From the NCBI RefSeq assembly GCF_006345805.1, contig NC_043009.1:50034001-50098000 (forward strand): a stretch of DNA of 64,000 nucleotides, read 5' to 3'. The stretch is from Octopus sinensis. Taxonomy: Eukaryota. The notes under the pieces are model-generated. The model was given only the letters and a program-made list of their open reading frames with translations, searched no databases and was not told the DNA's origin. The position numbers and the translations under genes are program-made. The stretch's first letter is position 1. Each line of letters begins with the position of its first letter. Shown here one piece after another: positions 25,830 to 38,109 of the stretch.

Positions 25830-26330
25830 AGTATGGGAGGTAATGTTGTGCAGCAGTTTAAAGTGCAGTTTTCAAGTCAGAGTAAGTTTCCTAAATCATT
25901 TGAAAACTCAAGATGAATAACTTGGTTGCAGGTTAGAGAGGCACAAAATCTCCAACAGTTTGAAATCCAACATCAAGTTACCCACTCTTAGTAACAATTT
26001 GAGGAGCTAAATCAGACACAGGTGATGGACTACTGGTTTATTATGGTCACCATCAGTGCAGTGGTCAACCAAGAGATCCTGGACCACTTCATATTTCCAT
26101 TAGTTAACACGATATTTGGTGATGTACAATTACTATTTCAGTGGGGTTTTTACACCAACAAATCATAGCAAAACAAACAGTAACTGATTTTCTAATTTTC
26201 AAATCAATATGCTCCCTTGGTCAGGCATTTTACCTGGCCCAAACCCTATAGAGAACCTAGAGGATATTTTTAAAAAAAACTAGCCAATTTCATTCTAATA
26301 AAAGAAGCAGATGTGAAAGGTGCTACAGCA
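25830..26330 (+). pseudogene. Tc1-family transposase relic
   Basis: Fragments read VQFSSQSKF (FSDESKF-like), NQEILDHFIFP..IFGD..LLFQ and PWSGILPGPNPIENL (WPxxSPDLNPIENL-like); many lesions. Confidence 0.8.
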
Positions 26331-26919
26331 ATACACCTTTCAGAATTTTATTTGCATTTCATGTATTAACTATTATTAATAAATAACACAGCAATGTTTA
26401 GACTGTGAAGATTCAATCAATATATTAAATATAAATGCATGATACATTGAATAATTTGTTAAAAAAACCATTTTTTTTTTCAGTGTGAAGGTACTGCTCA
26501 TGACCCATTACAGAGCCTTTGAAACTAGTGTAAAGTAGGGAAGAAGATACCATTAAACAAGAATCTTGGCCCAAATGCTTGCAAAAGAGTGGACTCCACT
26601 AAGGGTATGAAAGGTACCAATTGGTGGTGTTAAACCAGGTGACTGGATAAGCTTTCCAGCATTTATATAAAAATATTTCTTTCTATTTTATTAAATGATT
26701 TTAACATTTTGTTAAACAGTAAATATTGCATAATTAAACATCTTTTTTCTTTTAAATTAAAAAGATGTTTGCCAGACCCTAGATATCTGAAAAATATAAA
26801 ATTCCAAAGACTATTTAAGAATTGGCATAATAAAAATATTAAGAAAAGTTCTTAAAAAATTGTCACTTAAACACATTAGTTCTCTTGCAATAACACAATA
26901 AAAAATATAAACACACATA

Positions 26920-26970
26920 CACACATGCATATATACATACATGCATACATACATACATACATACATACAT

Positions 26971-27064
<94 letters not shown>

Positions 27065-27065
27065 C

Positions 27066-27105
<40 letters not shown>
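26920..27105. repeat. Compound (TACA)n/(CA)n/(TA)n microsatellite
   Basis: Direct inspection. Confidence 0.95.
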
Positions 27106-27107
<2 letters not shown>

Positions 27108-27928
27108 TAATGTTATAAAAATCAAACTGATTTTGTGGTAGAAAAATGATTATATGCAAATTTGAACAGTACAATTTTATAACCAACATCTGTAAAGTTT
27201 AAAAGTATAAAGATTTTTTTTTGTGGAAAGTAAACAGAAATGTGATTACTTATTTCAAATCTTTTGGAAGAAAAATTCATGGACAGATATGTTTGTTTAT
27301 TCTGCAACAAGAAATGATATCCCACGATGAGAAATGATATCCCACAATGAGAAATATATAAGGCTAGATCTTTGATACTCAAGACTTAGGAATCTGAAAA
27401 CTATTTTGAAAAAAAAAAAAAATTAATCTACAAAATACTGCTTATTTCACCTATTTTGAAGCATTTATCAATTTGTTTCAGAAATTCTGGAGAGCCAAAT
27501 TTTTTCTTTTCTTTTTTTTTTTTAAATTTTCCATTATTGCTGGTATCATTTTTAATCATGATATTTTCCTCAAACATTACCCTGAAGAAGTCAGTGCATA
27601 TTATCCATGAGATATTTTTTCTGAGACTTTATTGCCCATAAATAGTGGTCCATGAGTACATAAATACAGTATCTATCATCTGTCTATGGAGAGTTTAGAA
27701 GCTTGCTTGTAGCTATTTATAGTGAAAACAAACGTGGTCCCACATGCACACACACGTATGTATTTACATATACATGTGTGTATCTATAGACACACGCTAA
27801 TACACAAGGTATCTCAAAAGTCACCGAGGAGTATTGAAGTTTTAATAACTTTTTAATTGAATTAAGCTTAAATTATTATCATACAGGAATGCTACTTGAT
27901 TTTCAACTCTTTAGCATCTTCTGCAAGA

Positions 27929-27975
<47 letters not shown>

Positions 27976-28037
27976 CACACACATACATATGTATATGCTT
28001 CTATATATTTAGATAATATTATATATAATAGATATGC

Positions 28038-28078
<41 letters not shown>

Positions 28079-28704
28079 CACATACATATGCATATGCTTC
28101 TATATATATAGATAATATATATAATATATATTCATATATATATATAATATATATTATACATCTACATATATCAATACATACATAGACACATAAACAAACA
28201 CAATATTACCATTTAATACTAGACACCCAAAGAAATATGCATATGAATACATGCATATGCAAATTTATAACATGTAATGGCTATTCATCATATGTACATC
28301 ACACACATGCTCACATATATAAAGCCTAATTTTAAAGCATCTGGTAAGGTTACACACACACACACACACAGGAACACACACTTGGAAACCAGTCTTTGTG
28401 CATGCAAATATGAATGCACATGTATTTATACTCAAGTATATGCATGAGTGTTTGTGCATGAAGTTACATATATTCATTAAAGAAAAATCATGCAAATCTA
28501 GAGACATAACATATAAGGATGATGTTCCATAGAAGAGAAGGCAGTATAGTTTATGACTCAGGTGGGAGATTTGAATTATATTAAATATAGGTGTGTTTGT
28601 GTGTATGTGGATTCAATTCTAACTCTCACCTGGCTCATAAACTGACTATAGATATATGAGTACTTATATATGCTTTCAGATGTGCGTGTGCATGCATGTG
28701 TGTG

Positions 28705-28764
28705 TGTGAGAAAGAGAGAAAGGGAGAGAGGGGGATAAAGAGAGAAAAAGGAAGAAAGAGAGAA

Positions 28765-28818
<54 letters not shown>

Positions 28819-28826
28819 AGAGAGAA

Positions 28827-28862
<36 letters not shown>

Positions 28863-28912
28863 GAGAGAGAGAGGAGAGAGAGAGAGAGTAAGGAAGGAAG
28901 AGAGAGGGAGAG
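28705..28912 (+). repeat. (GA)n-rich polypurine tract
   Basis: About 200 bp almost purely G/A. Confidence 0.95.
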
Positions 28913-30233
28913 AGCATCAAATTTACATTAAAATTATGATATTTTTGAGAGACAGACATCAATTCACATTCATGCATTCATTAGGACAGTGTGTGTGTAT
29001 GCATGTACACACATACATAGACATATGTGTACACATATTCACACACACACAGACTAGACACACACATGCATAGAAAGATAATTGAGTTACCATGTAATTT
29101 ATGTGCAAAACATGCACACCACTAGACAAAAATTAGATGTTCAGTGTCATGTACATACAACCACATAAACATACATATACTATACACTGACATGTCCATA
29201 CATCCTGCAAACCAACTTGAAAATTTCAGCCACCTCTGCCAACTCACACAAACACACAAACACTGATTTTATGCATTTATGTAGAGTTATTTATAGGGGA
29301 CCAGAGGCAGATGGAAGGAGGAGAAGTTAATATGAAAAAAGAGAGAAAACTATTGAGAGAGAAAAGAAAGAGATTGAGAGAGGCATATATTGAGAAAGAC
29401 AGACAGACAGATAGCTAGACAGTCTAATAGGTAGACACAGTGTGTGTGCGTGTGTGTTTGTATTTTAGAGTGTGTATGTTTGTATGTATTCATGTGTCTA
29501 TATATATGTGTGATTCAGTGCAAAGGTTAGTTATCAGTGCTGAGATAGATTTACAGAGAGAGAGAGAGAGAGAGGAGAGGAGAGAGAGAAAGACAGAGAG
29601 AGAGAAGGGCACAGAGAGAGAGGAGAGAGAGAGAGGCAGACAGACAGAGACAAACAAACAAACAGAAGGGAGAGAATGAGAGACAGACAGATAGTTGGCT
29701 ACATAGCTAGGCACACAGACAGACAGATAGATTGGAACAAAGATATATATAACTAGGTACATAGAAATATAAATGGAGAGACATGCACAAAGATAGATAT
29801 AAAGATGAATGGACAGATGGATAGAGATAGATGAAGAAAGGGTAAGACATGATAGATTGGCAGTAATCCAACTACATGGATTCCCAAATGATACAGGAGA
29901 CCAAACAAAGAGGTAGGAGAGGATGGGAGGAGAAGAAAATCACCACACCATCAATGTAACCAATTGTCAGGTAAGTTGGCACTGAGGCCTTTTGAGGTGG
30001 CAGAACCATGTCAGACAGGATGAAACAGTAAAGGGGGTGGAAGAAAAAGAGAAAAAAAATGAAAGAGAGGACAGAATATATACATGTAGAGTGATAGAAG
30101 TGTCTTAGTGAGAAAAGCTATGATTTGCAAAGAAAAGATTACAGAACGAGAGGGTAGATAAAGGGAGAGGACCACACACACTCACACACATATACTTATC
30201 ATATGTTACACATATTGTATACATCTATCTGTA

Positions 30234-30430
30234 ATCATCATCATCATTTCACCTCTATGTTCCATGGACTGGATGGCTTGACAAGATCTGTCAGATTCAA
30301 ACACCGCATCATGCTCCAGTAACTGCTTTGACATGATTTCAACAGTGGCACACCCTTCCTAATGCCAATCACTTTGTAGCATGGACTGGGTGCTTTTGCT
30401 GTGGCACCAACACAAGAAAGGTTGTCGTGC
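30234..30430 (-). mobile_element. Older family D subfamily copy
   Basis: (CAT)n tail, cccttcctaatgccaatcactttg, and core ggtgcttttgctgtggcaccaacac. Confidence 0.7.
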
Positions 30431-30674
30431 AACCTGCAAGACTAATATCCCCTTTTAGTGGGTGGGGCTACAATAGAGAGGGAGGCAGCTTAATGCTATG
30501 GCATGAATGCTTGAAGTGAAAGAGAAAGATCCAGAACAGGGTTCTTCTAGTTGGGGTGCATTGCAGAAAAGATGGCGCAAGTGATTAGGGTGGAACTAAA
30601 AAAGAGATTATAATAGTGGTGATGAGGTGTCAGGATGAAGGGTACAAATTACATGTACACACACATATTATATA

Positions 30675-30972
30675 CCTATTTCTTTACTATCCACAAGGGG
30701 CCAAACACAGAGAGGACAAACAAGGACAGACACACGGATTAAGTCGATTATATCAACCTCAGTGCATAACTGGTACTTATTTAATCGATCCCAGTGCATA
30801 ACTGGTACTTATTTAATCGACCCCAGTGCATAACTGGTACTTATTTAATCGACCTCGAAAGGATGAAAGGCAAAATCAACCTCGGCGGAATTTGAACTCA
30901 GAATGTAATGGCAGACGAAATACAGCTATGCATTTCGCCCGGCGTGCTAACGTTTCTGCCAGCTCGCCGCCT
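30675..30972 (-). mobile_element. tRNA-derived SINE family C (Nin-like central domain) with an internal 32-bp triplication
   Basis: Minus strand aggcggcgagctggcagaaacgttagcac..gagttcaaattcc..gcctttcatcctttcgaggtcgattaaataagtaccag; homologous to 50816 and 36797. The Nin-domain label is from recall. Confidence 0.88.
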
Positions 30973-31203
30973 TGTCATGGTCATCATCCTTTTAATCATC
31001 ACTTTACTATGCATTCAAGGAAATTTTTGAAGGCAGATTTTCTCCAAGCAGATGCCAAACATCACATGTTTCCATCCAAGAATGTTTAGATATATATATA
31101 TATATATATATGCAGTAATCCCTTGCCATATTGCTGTTCACCTTTTGTGGTTAACCTATTGCAGTTTATCATTTAAGCTTATGTCGATTCCTCCATGGTG
31201 TTG

Positions 31204-31513
31204 TTGGGCAAGTGTCTTCTACTATAGCCTCGGCCCAACCAAAGCCTTGTGAGTGGATTTGGTAGATGGAAACTGAAAGAAGTCTATTGTATATATGTAT
31301 ATATATGTGTGTGTGTTTGTGTCTGTACTTGTCCCCCCAACATCGCTTGACAACCGATGCTGGTGTGTTTATGTCCCCGTAAATTAGCTGTTCGGCAAAA
31401 GGGACCAATAGAATAAGTACTAGGCTTCCAAAGAATAAGTCCTGGGGTCGATTTGCTCAACTAAAAGCAGTGATCCAGCATGGCCACAGTCACATGACTG
31501 AAACAAGTAAAAG
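31204..31513 (+). mobile_element. 5'-truncated SINE family A
   Basis: ttgggcaagtgtcttctactatagcc... to gactgaaacaagtaaaag. Confidence 0.9.
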
Positions 31514-31542
31514 CGTAAACAAAGAGTACGTCAGCATCACAA

Positions 31543-32150
31543 ATCAAATGGAATTTGTGGTTGCGATACCTGTGCCGGTGACATGTAAAATGCACCATCC
31601 GTACATGGCCGATGCCAGCGCCGCCTTGACTGGCTTCCATGCTGGTGGCACGTAAATTGCACTGGCCTCCTCTGGCACCTGTGCTTGTGGCACGTAAAAA
31701 GCACCATCTGTATGTGGTCGATGCCAGCGCCGCCACGACTGGCTTCCATGCCGGTGGCATATAAAAAGCACCAAACGTTCGTTGCCATTGCCAGCCTACC
31801 TTGGCACCTGTGCCGGTGGCACGTAAAAAGCACCATCTGTAAGTGGCCGATGCCAGTGCCGCCTTGACTGGCTTCCGTATCGGTGGCATGTAAAAACCAC
31901 CAACCGATCATGGCCGTTGCAAGCCTCCCCTAGCACCTGTGCCGGTGGCACGTAAAAAGCACCCACTACACTCACGGAGGGGTTGGCATTAGGAAGGGCA
32001 TCCAGCTGTAGAAACACTGCCAGATCAGACTGGAGCCTGGTGCAGCCTCCTGGCTTCCCAGACCATGGTCGAACCATCCAACCCATGCTAGCATGGAAAA
32101 CGGACGTTAAACGATGACGATGATGATGATGATGATGATGATGTTGATGA
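31543..32150 (+). mobile_element. Family D retroposon: leader, tandem GC-rich array (7 cores), conserved body and (TGA)n tail
   Basis: Alternating units of about 68 and 61 bp (one short), each with gtgccggtggcacgtaaaaagcacc, then ggttggcattaggaagggcatccagctgtagaa...ccaacccatgctagcatggaaaacggacgttaaacgatgacgatgat. Confidence 0.9.
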
Positions 32151-32188
32151 TATATATATATGTATGTATGTATGTTTGTATGTATATA

Positions 32189-32226
<38 letters not shown>

Positions 32227-32424
32227 CTGTAACACAATGGGCTTCTTTCTTTGCAGTCTAGAAATTATTTCATTCACATAGTATCGGCTGACCCACTGCT
32301 ATACCTCCAGCCAAGAGTGTCCATGCATTGCTACTGAACTCCTAAGTCTATGTCTCTAAAGCAAGCTTCTTAACCATACAGCCATATATGCACAAATGCA
32401 CACATGCAACATGTGTGTTTGATT

Positions 32425-32576
32425 ATATATAAATATATATATATATGTATGTATATATAAAATATGCAATGTATGTAGTATACACATACATATATAAACA
32501 TATATGTACACACACACAGACATATATATATTTATATACATATATACATACTTATATATATACATACATGTATGTA

Positions 32577-32617
<41 letters not shown>

Positions 32618-32730
32618 ATATGCATATATATGCACACACTACGTAAATATATGAATATATATATATATAAAGAAATATATATAATATATAATATGCATGC
32701 ATATAAACACATTCACATAAAATTTGTGTG

Positions 32731-32775
<45 letters not shown>
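32425..32775. repeat. TA/CA compound microsatellite region
   Basis: Direct inspection. Confidence 0.9.
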
Positions 32776-32777
<2 letters not shown>

Positions 32778-33009
32778 AAGATGCTTATAATACAATTGGC
32801 AGTCTGAATGGATGGATAGATGGCTGGGTGCCTGAATGGCTGGCTGGCCAAATGGATGGATGGACACACAGATCAGTAGCAAGTAGTGAGGTAAAATGTG
32901 TGAGTTGCCAATTCATATAACATGGCACGATGGCCCCAGCAGCGACAGTTGAGTCATCCTGTTTAACTCTGGTTCAGGAACAATCTAGAATCTCCTTGTA
33001 AAGTGTTTG

Positions 33010-33990
33010 TGGCTGTGTGAGGAAGGTAGGGAAATTGAAGAAGGAGAAAGAAAGAGAACAGTTGTGATAGAGATGTTAGTAAAAGAGAGTACCATGTTTG
33101 TGTAAGTAGATGGTGGAGGGGGGAGACAAAAAAAGAGTGAAATAATCTTAGCTGGGGAAGAAAAGAGAGTTTGATGAGTGCAAGAATGGGAGATGTGAGG
33201 GGAGAATCATGGAACTGTTTGTAATATTTGGACAAAGTGAGGGCTTAAGAGTGATAGATAGAAATGTAAGAGGAAAGAGATTGGGGAATGTAGCAAGTGG
33301 TAATAAGATAAGAGGGGAAGGTAAATGAGAAAACAAAGAATAACCACAGAACAATTGTGAAATATTTTATTGAAGGAGGTGAAAAGAAGGAAAAAGAGTG
33401 AAGGAAAGAGGAAGGACAGAGGGAGAAGAATGGTGAGAAATAGCAACCAAAAGGTATTGAAGGAGAAATTGGGTGAGAGAAAAGAGAGACAAACAGACAG
33501 ACAGACAGACAAACAAAGAGAGAGAGAGAGACTTGTGTACAAGAGAGATGAAGGTGAAAGAGAGAGGTCTGAATGGAAGAGAGAAGAGGAGACAGTAGAA
33601 GAGAGAGACCAGATTAACAGCAAATGAAAAGAGAAAAAAAAGTGGAGAAGGAGAGCTAAGGTGGAGGGAGAATAAAGCAAGAAGAAAAGAGTAAGGAATA
33701 AAATGGAGAGCAAGAAAGAAAGAGGGAGAGCAGGAGAAGAATAAAGGTGAGAGAGAGAGAGTGCATGCGAATAAGACAGTGACAAACAGTGTATCTGTTG
33801 TGATAGTTGTGATGAGAAAAGCAAATACAAAAACCCAGACATGTGCAGATGTGACACACACAGACAGATACACAAAATTGTGTACATGAACACATATTGA
33901 GGGAGACAACAAAAGCCAAAGACAGATTGGGAACCAGAGCCTAACATAAAATGGTAGAAGCAAGGAAAAGATGAGGGTGTGTGTATGAGG
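33010..33990 (+). repeat. Purine-rich low-complexity tract of about 1 kb
   Basis: Persistent G/A bias; explains the Leu/Ser/Phe-rich minus-strand ORFs. Confidence 0.8.
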
Positions 33991-34524
33991 TAAAAACAGA
34001 TATGGAAAGATATGGAAATTATGAAATCTTTCTATTTCCTTTATATATTTGTAAAAAGCATTACAGACAGCACATCTACTTCAGAAGCAACATGTCCATA
34101 GGAAAACATTTTGCAACAGCCTGCATATTTGTAACTGTATATCTACTAGACTCTATGTACTATTGTATATATTTCTAGAAGTGAGGGGAAAAAAAAAATT
34201 CTATACTATTTTGTATCAGATGCACAATGACTAGAAAAGTTACTTGTATAAAATGTAATTGCTATCTCATAGATGCAGATACCTTGGGCAAGTAGAAATA
34301 ATTTGGTAGACAGAAATTATGCAAAATTACAGTTTTTGTGCACTAAAATATACAGTTTCAATTTACAGAAACTGCATGTGTATATGTATATTAATTATGT
34401 AGGTGTGTTGAGTAGTGTTTGATTACGTTGAATACTAACTTAACAGAGAGTAGCATCATTCAAAAACTAAAACAATAAGAGGAAATGCATTGTGACCAGC
34501 AGTAAATAACAGCATCCAATAGTT

Positions 34525-34820
34525 ACTTGGTGACCGTGCTGGTGCTATGTAACAAGCATCCAGTTCACAATGTGAAGTGGTTGGCATTTGGAAGGGCATC
34601 CAGCTGTAAAAATTATAACAAAACTGACCTCACCTGTGCTGGTACCATGTAAAAAGCACTCAGTCCACTCTGTGGGTCAGTTGGTGTGTTAGGAAGGGCA
34701 TCCAGCTATAAAAACCATGCCAAAATAGACAGAGAAGCCTGGCCGGCTCCTGTCAAACATTCCAACCCATGCTGACATAGTAGGCAGACGTTAAACGATC
34801 ATGATGATCATCATCATCAC
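34525..34820 (+). mobile_element. Older family D subfamily copy with duplicated core and body
   Basis: gtgctggt..atgtaa.aagca..cagt..ac...gttgg...ggaagggcatccagct occurs twice (34535, 34636); tail gacgttaaacgatcatgatgat. Confidence 0.75.
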
Positions 34821-36075
34821 ACACACAGACAGAACAGATAGGTAGATAGATGTATACATGTGAATATATACATAATTTTTATTGTAGTGTATGATATATA
34901 CATACACAACAATAAAATTTTCTAAAAATAGAGTTGTCCCTGAGGAACACCTCCCATCATATTTCTGCTTGATCAGAACCAACTATGAGCTAAACAACAA
35001 GCACACTCTTAACAACTTCTTGAGTCAAACCATTCTAAAATACAAAATACACATTCTTTGCAAGAAACAAAAGTATATATTTAATATACACCTTGTCAGG
35101 TACCAGTTATCTGTAATCTATATACACCTTTCGAAAGAAGCTATAGAAACAAAGTTATCTAAAGTAGAACATCATTTCACGTAGAATAAGAGAGAAAGTC
35201 TTGTAGGGTCTATTCTGCTATTTCAAATGCACTGAATTCTTTTCATTTATCTGAATAGAAAACGTTTCTCATTTACAGTCATCTGTTTCTGATGGCAGAT
35301 CTATACAAAGATTACCAAGAAATATTCTTCACCTAATAGTGTTAGAGGGCGATCTCACAGCATTTCATAAAATTGCAGCACATTAGGTGCCATTTGTTTA
35401 CCATTGTTTGATGTTGGCACCTATGAAATTACAAACTTTTGCCCATATTTGAATCATGCTTCAAGATAGAAGAAAATTATTTTTCTGTCAGTCTCACACA
35501 GAAGAGAAGATGGGAGAGGGCAGGAGAGAGAGAGAGAGTGTCTTATTCTGACACGCCTGGTTCCTCTTAAAACAAAGAAATCCAATAATATACCAATATA
35601 GTGTCATTATATACCTTTGTGGTGCATGTGTATGAGGGTTTACATGAAGGTTTGTGTATGTGTTTATGTTTAGCACACACACGTATGTGTGTGTGTGTGT
35701 GTAAATATAACATCTACTTAATCACCTGCTATTCTTTCTGGTGAGAATTTTAGAAGTTCATTCAACATTATCCACATATGTGTGTGCGCGCGTGTGTGTA
35801 TATTGGTGGGTGTTCACATGAATGTTTAAATGTGTGTGTGTGTGCATTTGTGAGTTTGCTGTCAATATAAAATATATTTATTTATACTTTATCAAATTAT
35901 TTCACAAAGCTTTCATCTTAACAGATACAATGATAATTCACTAATGGTTTATTTTTTTCCTTGAAACACATAACTGTAACCACCACCACCATCAATATCA
36001 GCAGCAGCAGCAGCAGCAAGAAAATTAAATTTCAAGTTATTTAAGGAAGTAAATAGAACAAGGATTTTATTCTAT

Positions 36076-36107
<32 letters not shown>

Positions 36108-36796
36108 TATACATTTTGATAGAAAGAATTACTGGAGAAGGTGGTTTCAATGGTTTGATTCTGAAGTCTTAGTTTCTATCTGAATTCTACAGATAGTAGA
36201 AGGTGGAGCTCTATCTGACTGCTCAACCCGCTCAAAATAGCAGCTAAAATCCTTCAAAACAGAACCTTATTTCATGAAAAGTGAAAGTGACATGTTTTGT
36301 CGTCAGCATCTCCAGTCTTACCAGTGTTACCAGTCAAAGAATGCCTGCAAATGCTATGGGCATTGCCTATTCCTCCAAACCCAGCAACGAACATACACAC
36401 ATACATAAGTATATAACATTTTCAAAGTCAATCATTTGACAACTGTCTGACATGATAATTGCTTACATGCAACAACATCCCAGATATGTGAAATGTGAAA
36501 AAAGAAATGGAGAAAATAACACCTGATGTCACATAATATATGTGTCGTTAAACATTTTTAGGCTGTAGTACCGTGTCCAGGGAAAGTCCCTTTAAAGACA
36601 CAGCATTTTAGAAAACAAAGTATACTTTAAAGCCAGGCAAAATAAATGTCTCCAGAGGTAAATGAGAAATGACAATGATGACAACACAAAAAGAACAAAA
36701 AATCTTTAGATCTTATCAAAACTGTCAATCGTGTTACTTTCTACTTAATATTACAAGTTTCCTTTATCTTGGTTGAACCTGAGTTCTTTATCCTTT

Positions 36797-37000
36797 AAGG
36801 TGGTGAGCTGGCGGAATCATAAGCACACCGGTCAAAATGCATAGCGGCATTTTGTCCGTCTTTATGTTCTGAGTTGAAATTTTGCTGAGGTTGACTTTAC
36901 CTTTCATCCTTCCGGGGTTGATAAAATTAGTACCAGTTAAATACTGGGGTCAATGTAATAGACTTAAAATTGCTGGCCTTGTGCTAAAATTTGATGTCAA
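36797..37000 (+). mobile_element. SINE family C-related copy
   Basis: aaggtggtgagctggcggaatc..gttgactttacctttcatccttccggggttgataaaattagtaccag. Confidence 0.8.
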
Positions 37001-37083
37001 TATTATAAGCTTTCCCAGAGATAAAGTTTTGTTATGTTCTTTTAAAAGAGTGAAGTCAACATTAACTAGAAGTTGATACTTAC

Positions 37084-37240
37084 TTGCTCAAAATCTAGAG
37101 AAAGATTTTTGTGGATTTTTTGTTTTTGTTTTTGGTTTTTTACATTGCTTACATGATCCAAAGGAGGTTTATACTTACCTGAAAAGAAAAAAGTAAAAGG
37201 ATTTAGAACAGCAGAAAAACATAAACATAAATACAAGTTA
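37084..37240 (-). other. Candidate recursive splice site (3'ss abutting 5'ss) with a 95-nt cryptic exon
   Basis: Minus strand ttctaaatccttttacttttttcttttCAG|GTAAGT (junction 37179/37178); about 60 nt upstream are free of AG; further donors GTAAGC at 37152 and CAA|GTAAGT at 37083. Confidence 0.55.
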
Positions 37241-38109
37241 TAATTTCTCATTTTGTTACAATCTTAAAACTAAAACGGTAACAAACCAACATTTAAGACT
37301 ATTTAGTGGAAGTCAAGTAGATTATAGTATTATTACAATAAATAATATTTTAAACTTATTTTAATTTATTTTGGTCTACAGCAATAATATAGCAAACAAG
37401 CTGTACTCTCTATTTCTTCCAGACAATAAATTGAAACTACTTATTGGAATTTATATTCATATAAAGCTAGATTTATGTAACTTTCACAGCAAATTAATAA
37501 AATACTACAGTTGCTACGCACTTTTCTAAAGGATTTTTATGTAAGTATATAACAAAGAAAACTTCTCATAGCTAGTATTTATAAAGAAAAAACAAGAGAA
37601 AACTTAGGAAAAGAAACTAGCAAATATAAATATGCCAGAAGTTCAAACAATTCTGGAACACAGCTAAAATTTTCAGAAATATTCACCTTCAGAAAGCAAA
37701 TCAAGACACTACAATATACAAAATAACGCATTCATATCATATAAAATACACACACACATATATTTATGAAAGAAATGAAAGCATTCATGCTTAAAAAATT
37801 ATATGCCTGTATTTAGGCAACATAGCTAATAGGTTTAAACATATAGAATTGACACGTAGCCTCGCCTCAATCTACTTGATTGGAAAATAGTAGAGCTATC
37901 ATTAAAGAAAGTATGAATATTTGCTGCTGCAGTTTCTAATGGTAATACTGAAATTTGCAGACCTATCCAACCAAGACCCAGCTTTTAATGACGGTTCATT
38001 ATTTTATACTTCAATACTAATTACTGGATTATAGATTTCATCTGACATTTAAGTCTTCACCAATAACATATCAAGCAATATTTGGAACTGATAAAGTATA
38101 TATATATAA

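Noticed and set aside
27580-27620. Other CTGANGA hits (27582, 11346, 19912, 61563, 62094) as hammerheads
   Set aside because: No properly placed stem II plus GAAA and cleavage triplet; expected by chance.
29960-29976. Plus-strand CAG|GTAAGT here and at 54644-54652 as recursive sites
   Set aside because: No pyrimidine tract upstream, unlike 37179; at most isolated donor-like motifs.
31785-31834. HDV-like ribozyme in the family D units (GCC-UCnnCU-GGC resembles P3/L3)
   Set aside because: I could not find P1, P1.1 and P2 pairings or the catalytic C segment, and the loop is shorter than the HDV L3.
31570-31963. CRISPR-like reading of the family D array
   Set aside because: The inter-core segments are homologous to each other (two alternating types), the array lies in a dispersed eukaryotic retroposon, and there are no cas genes.
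33207-33963. Long hydrophobic minus-strand ORFs (246 and 198 aa) as membrane proteins
   Set aside because: By-product of the CT-rich strand of a polypurine tract; Leu/Ser/Phe low complexity in overlapping frames.
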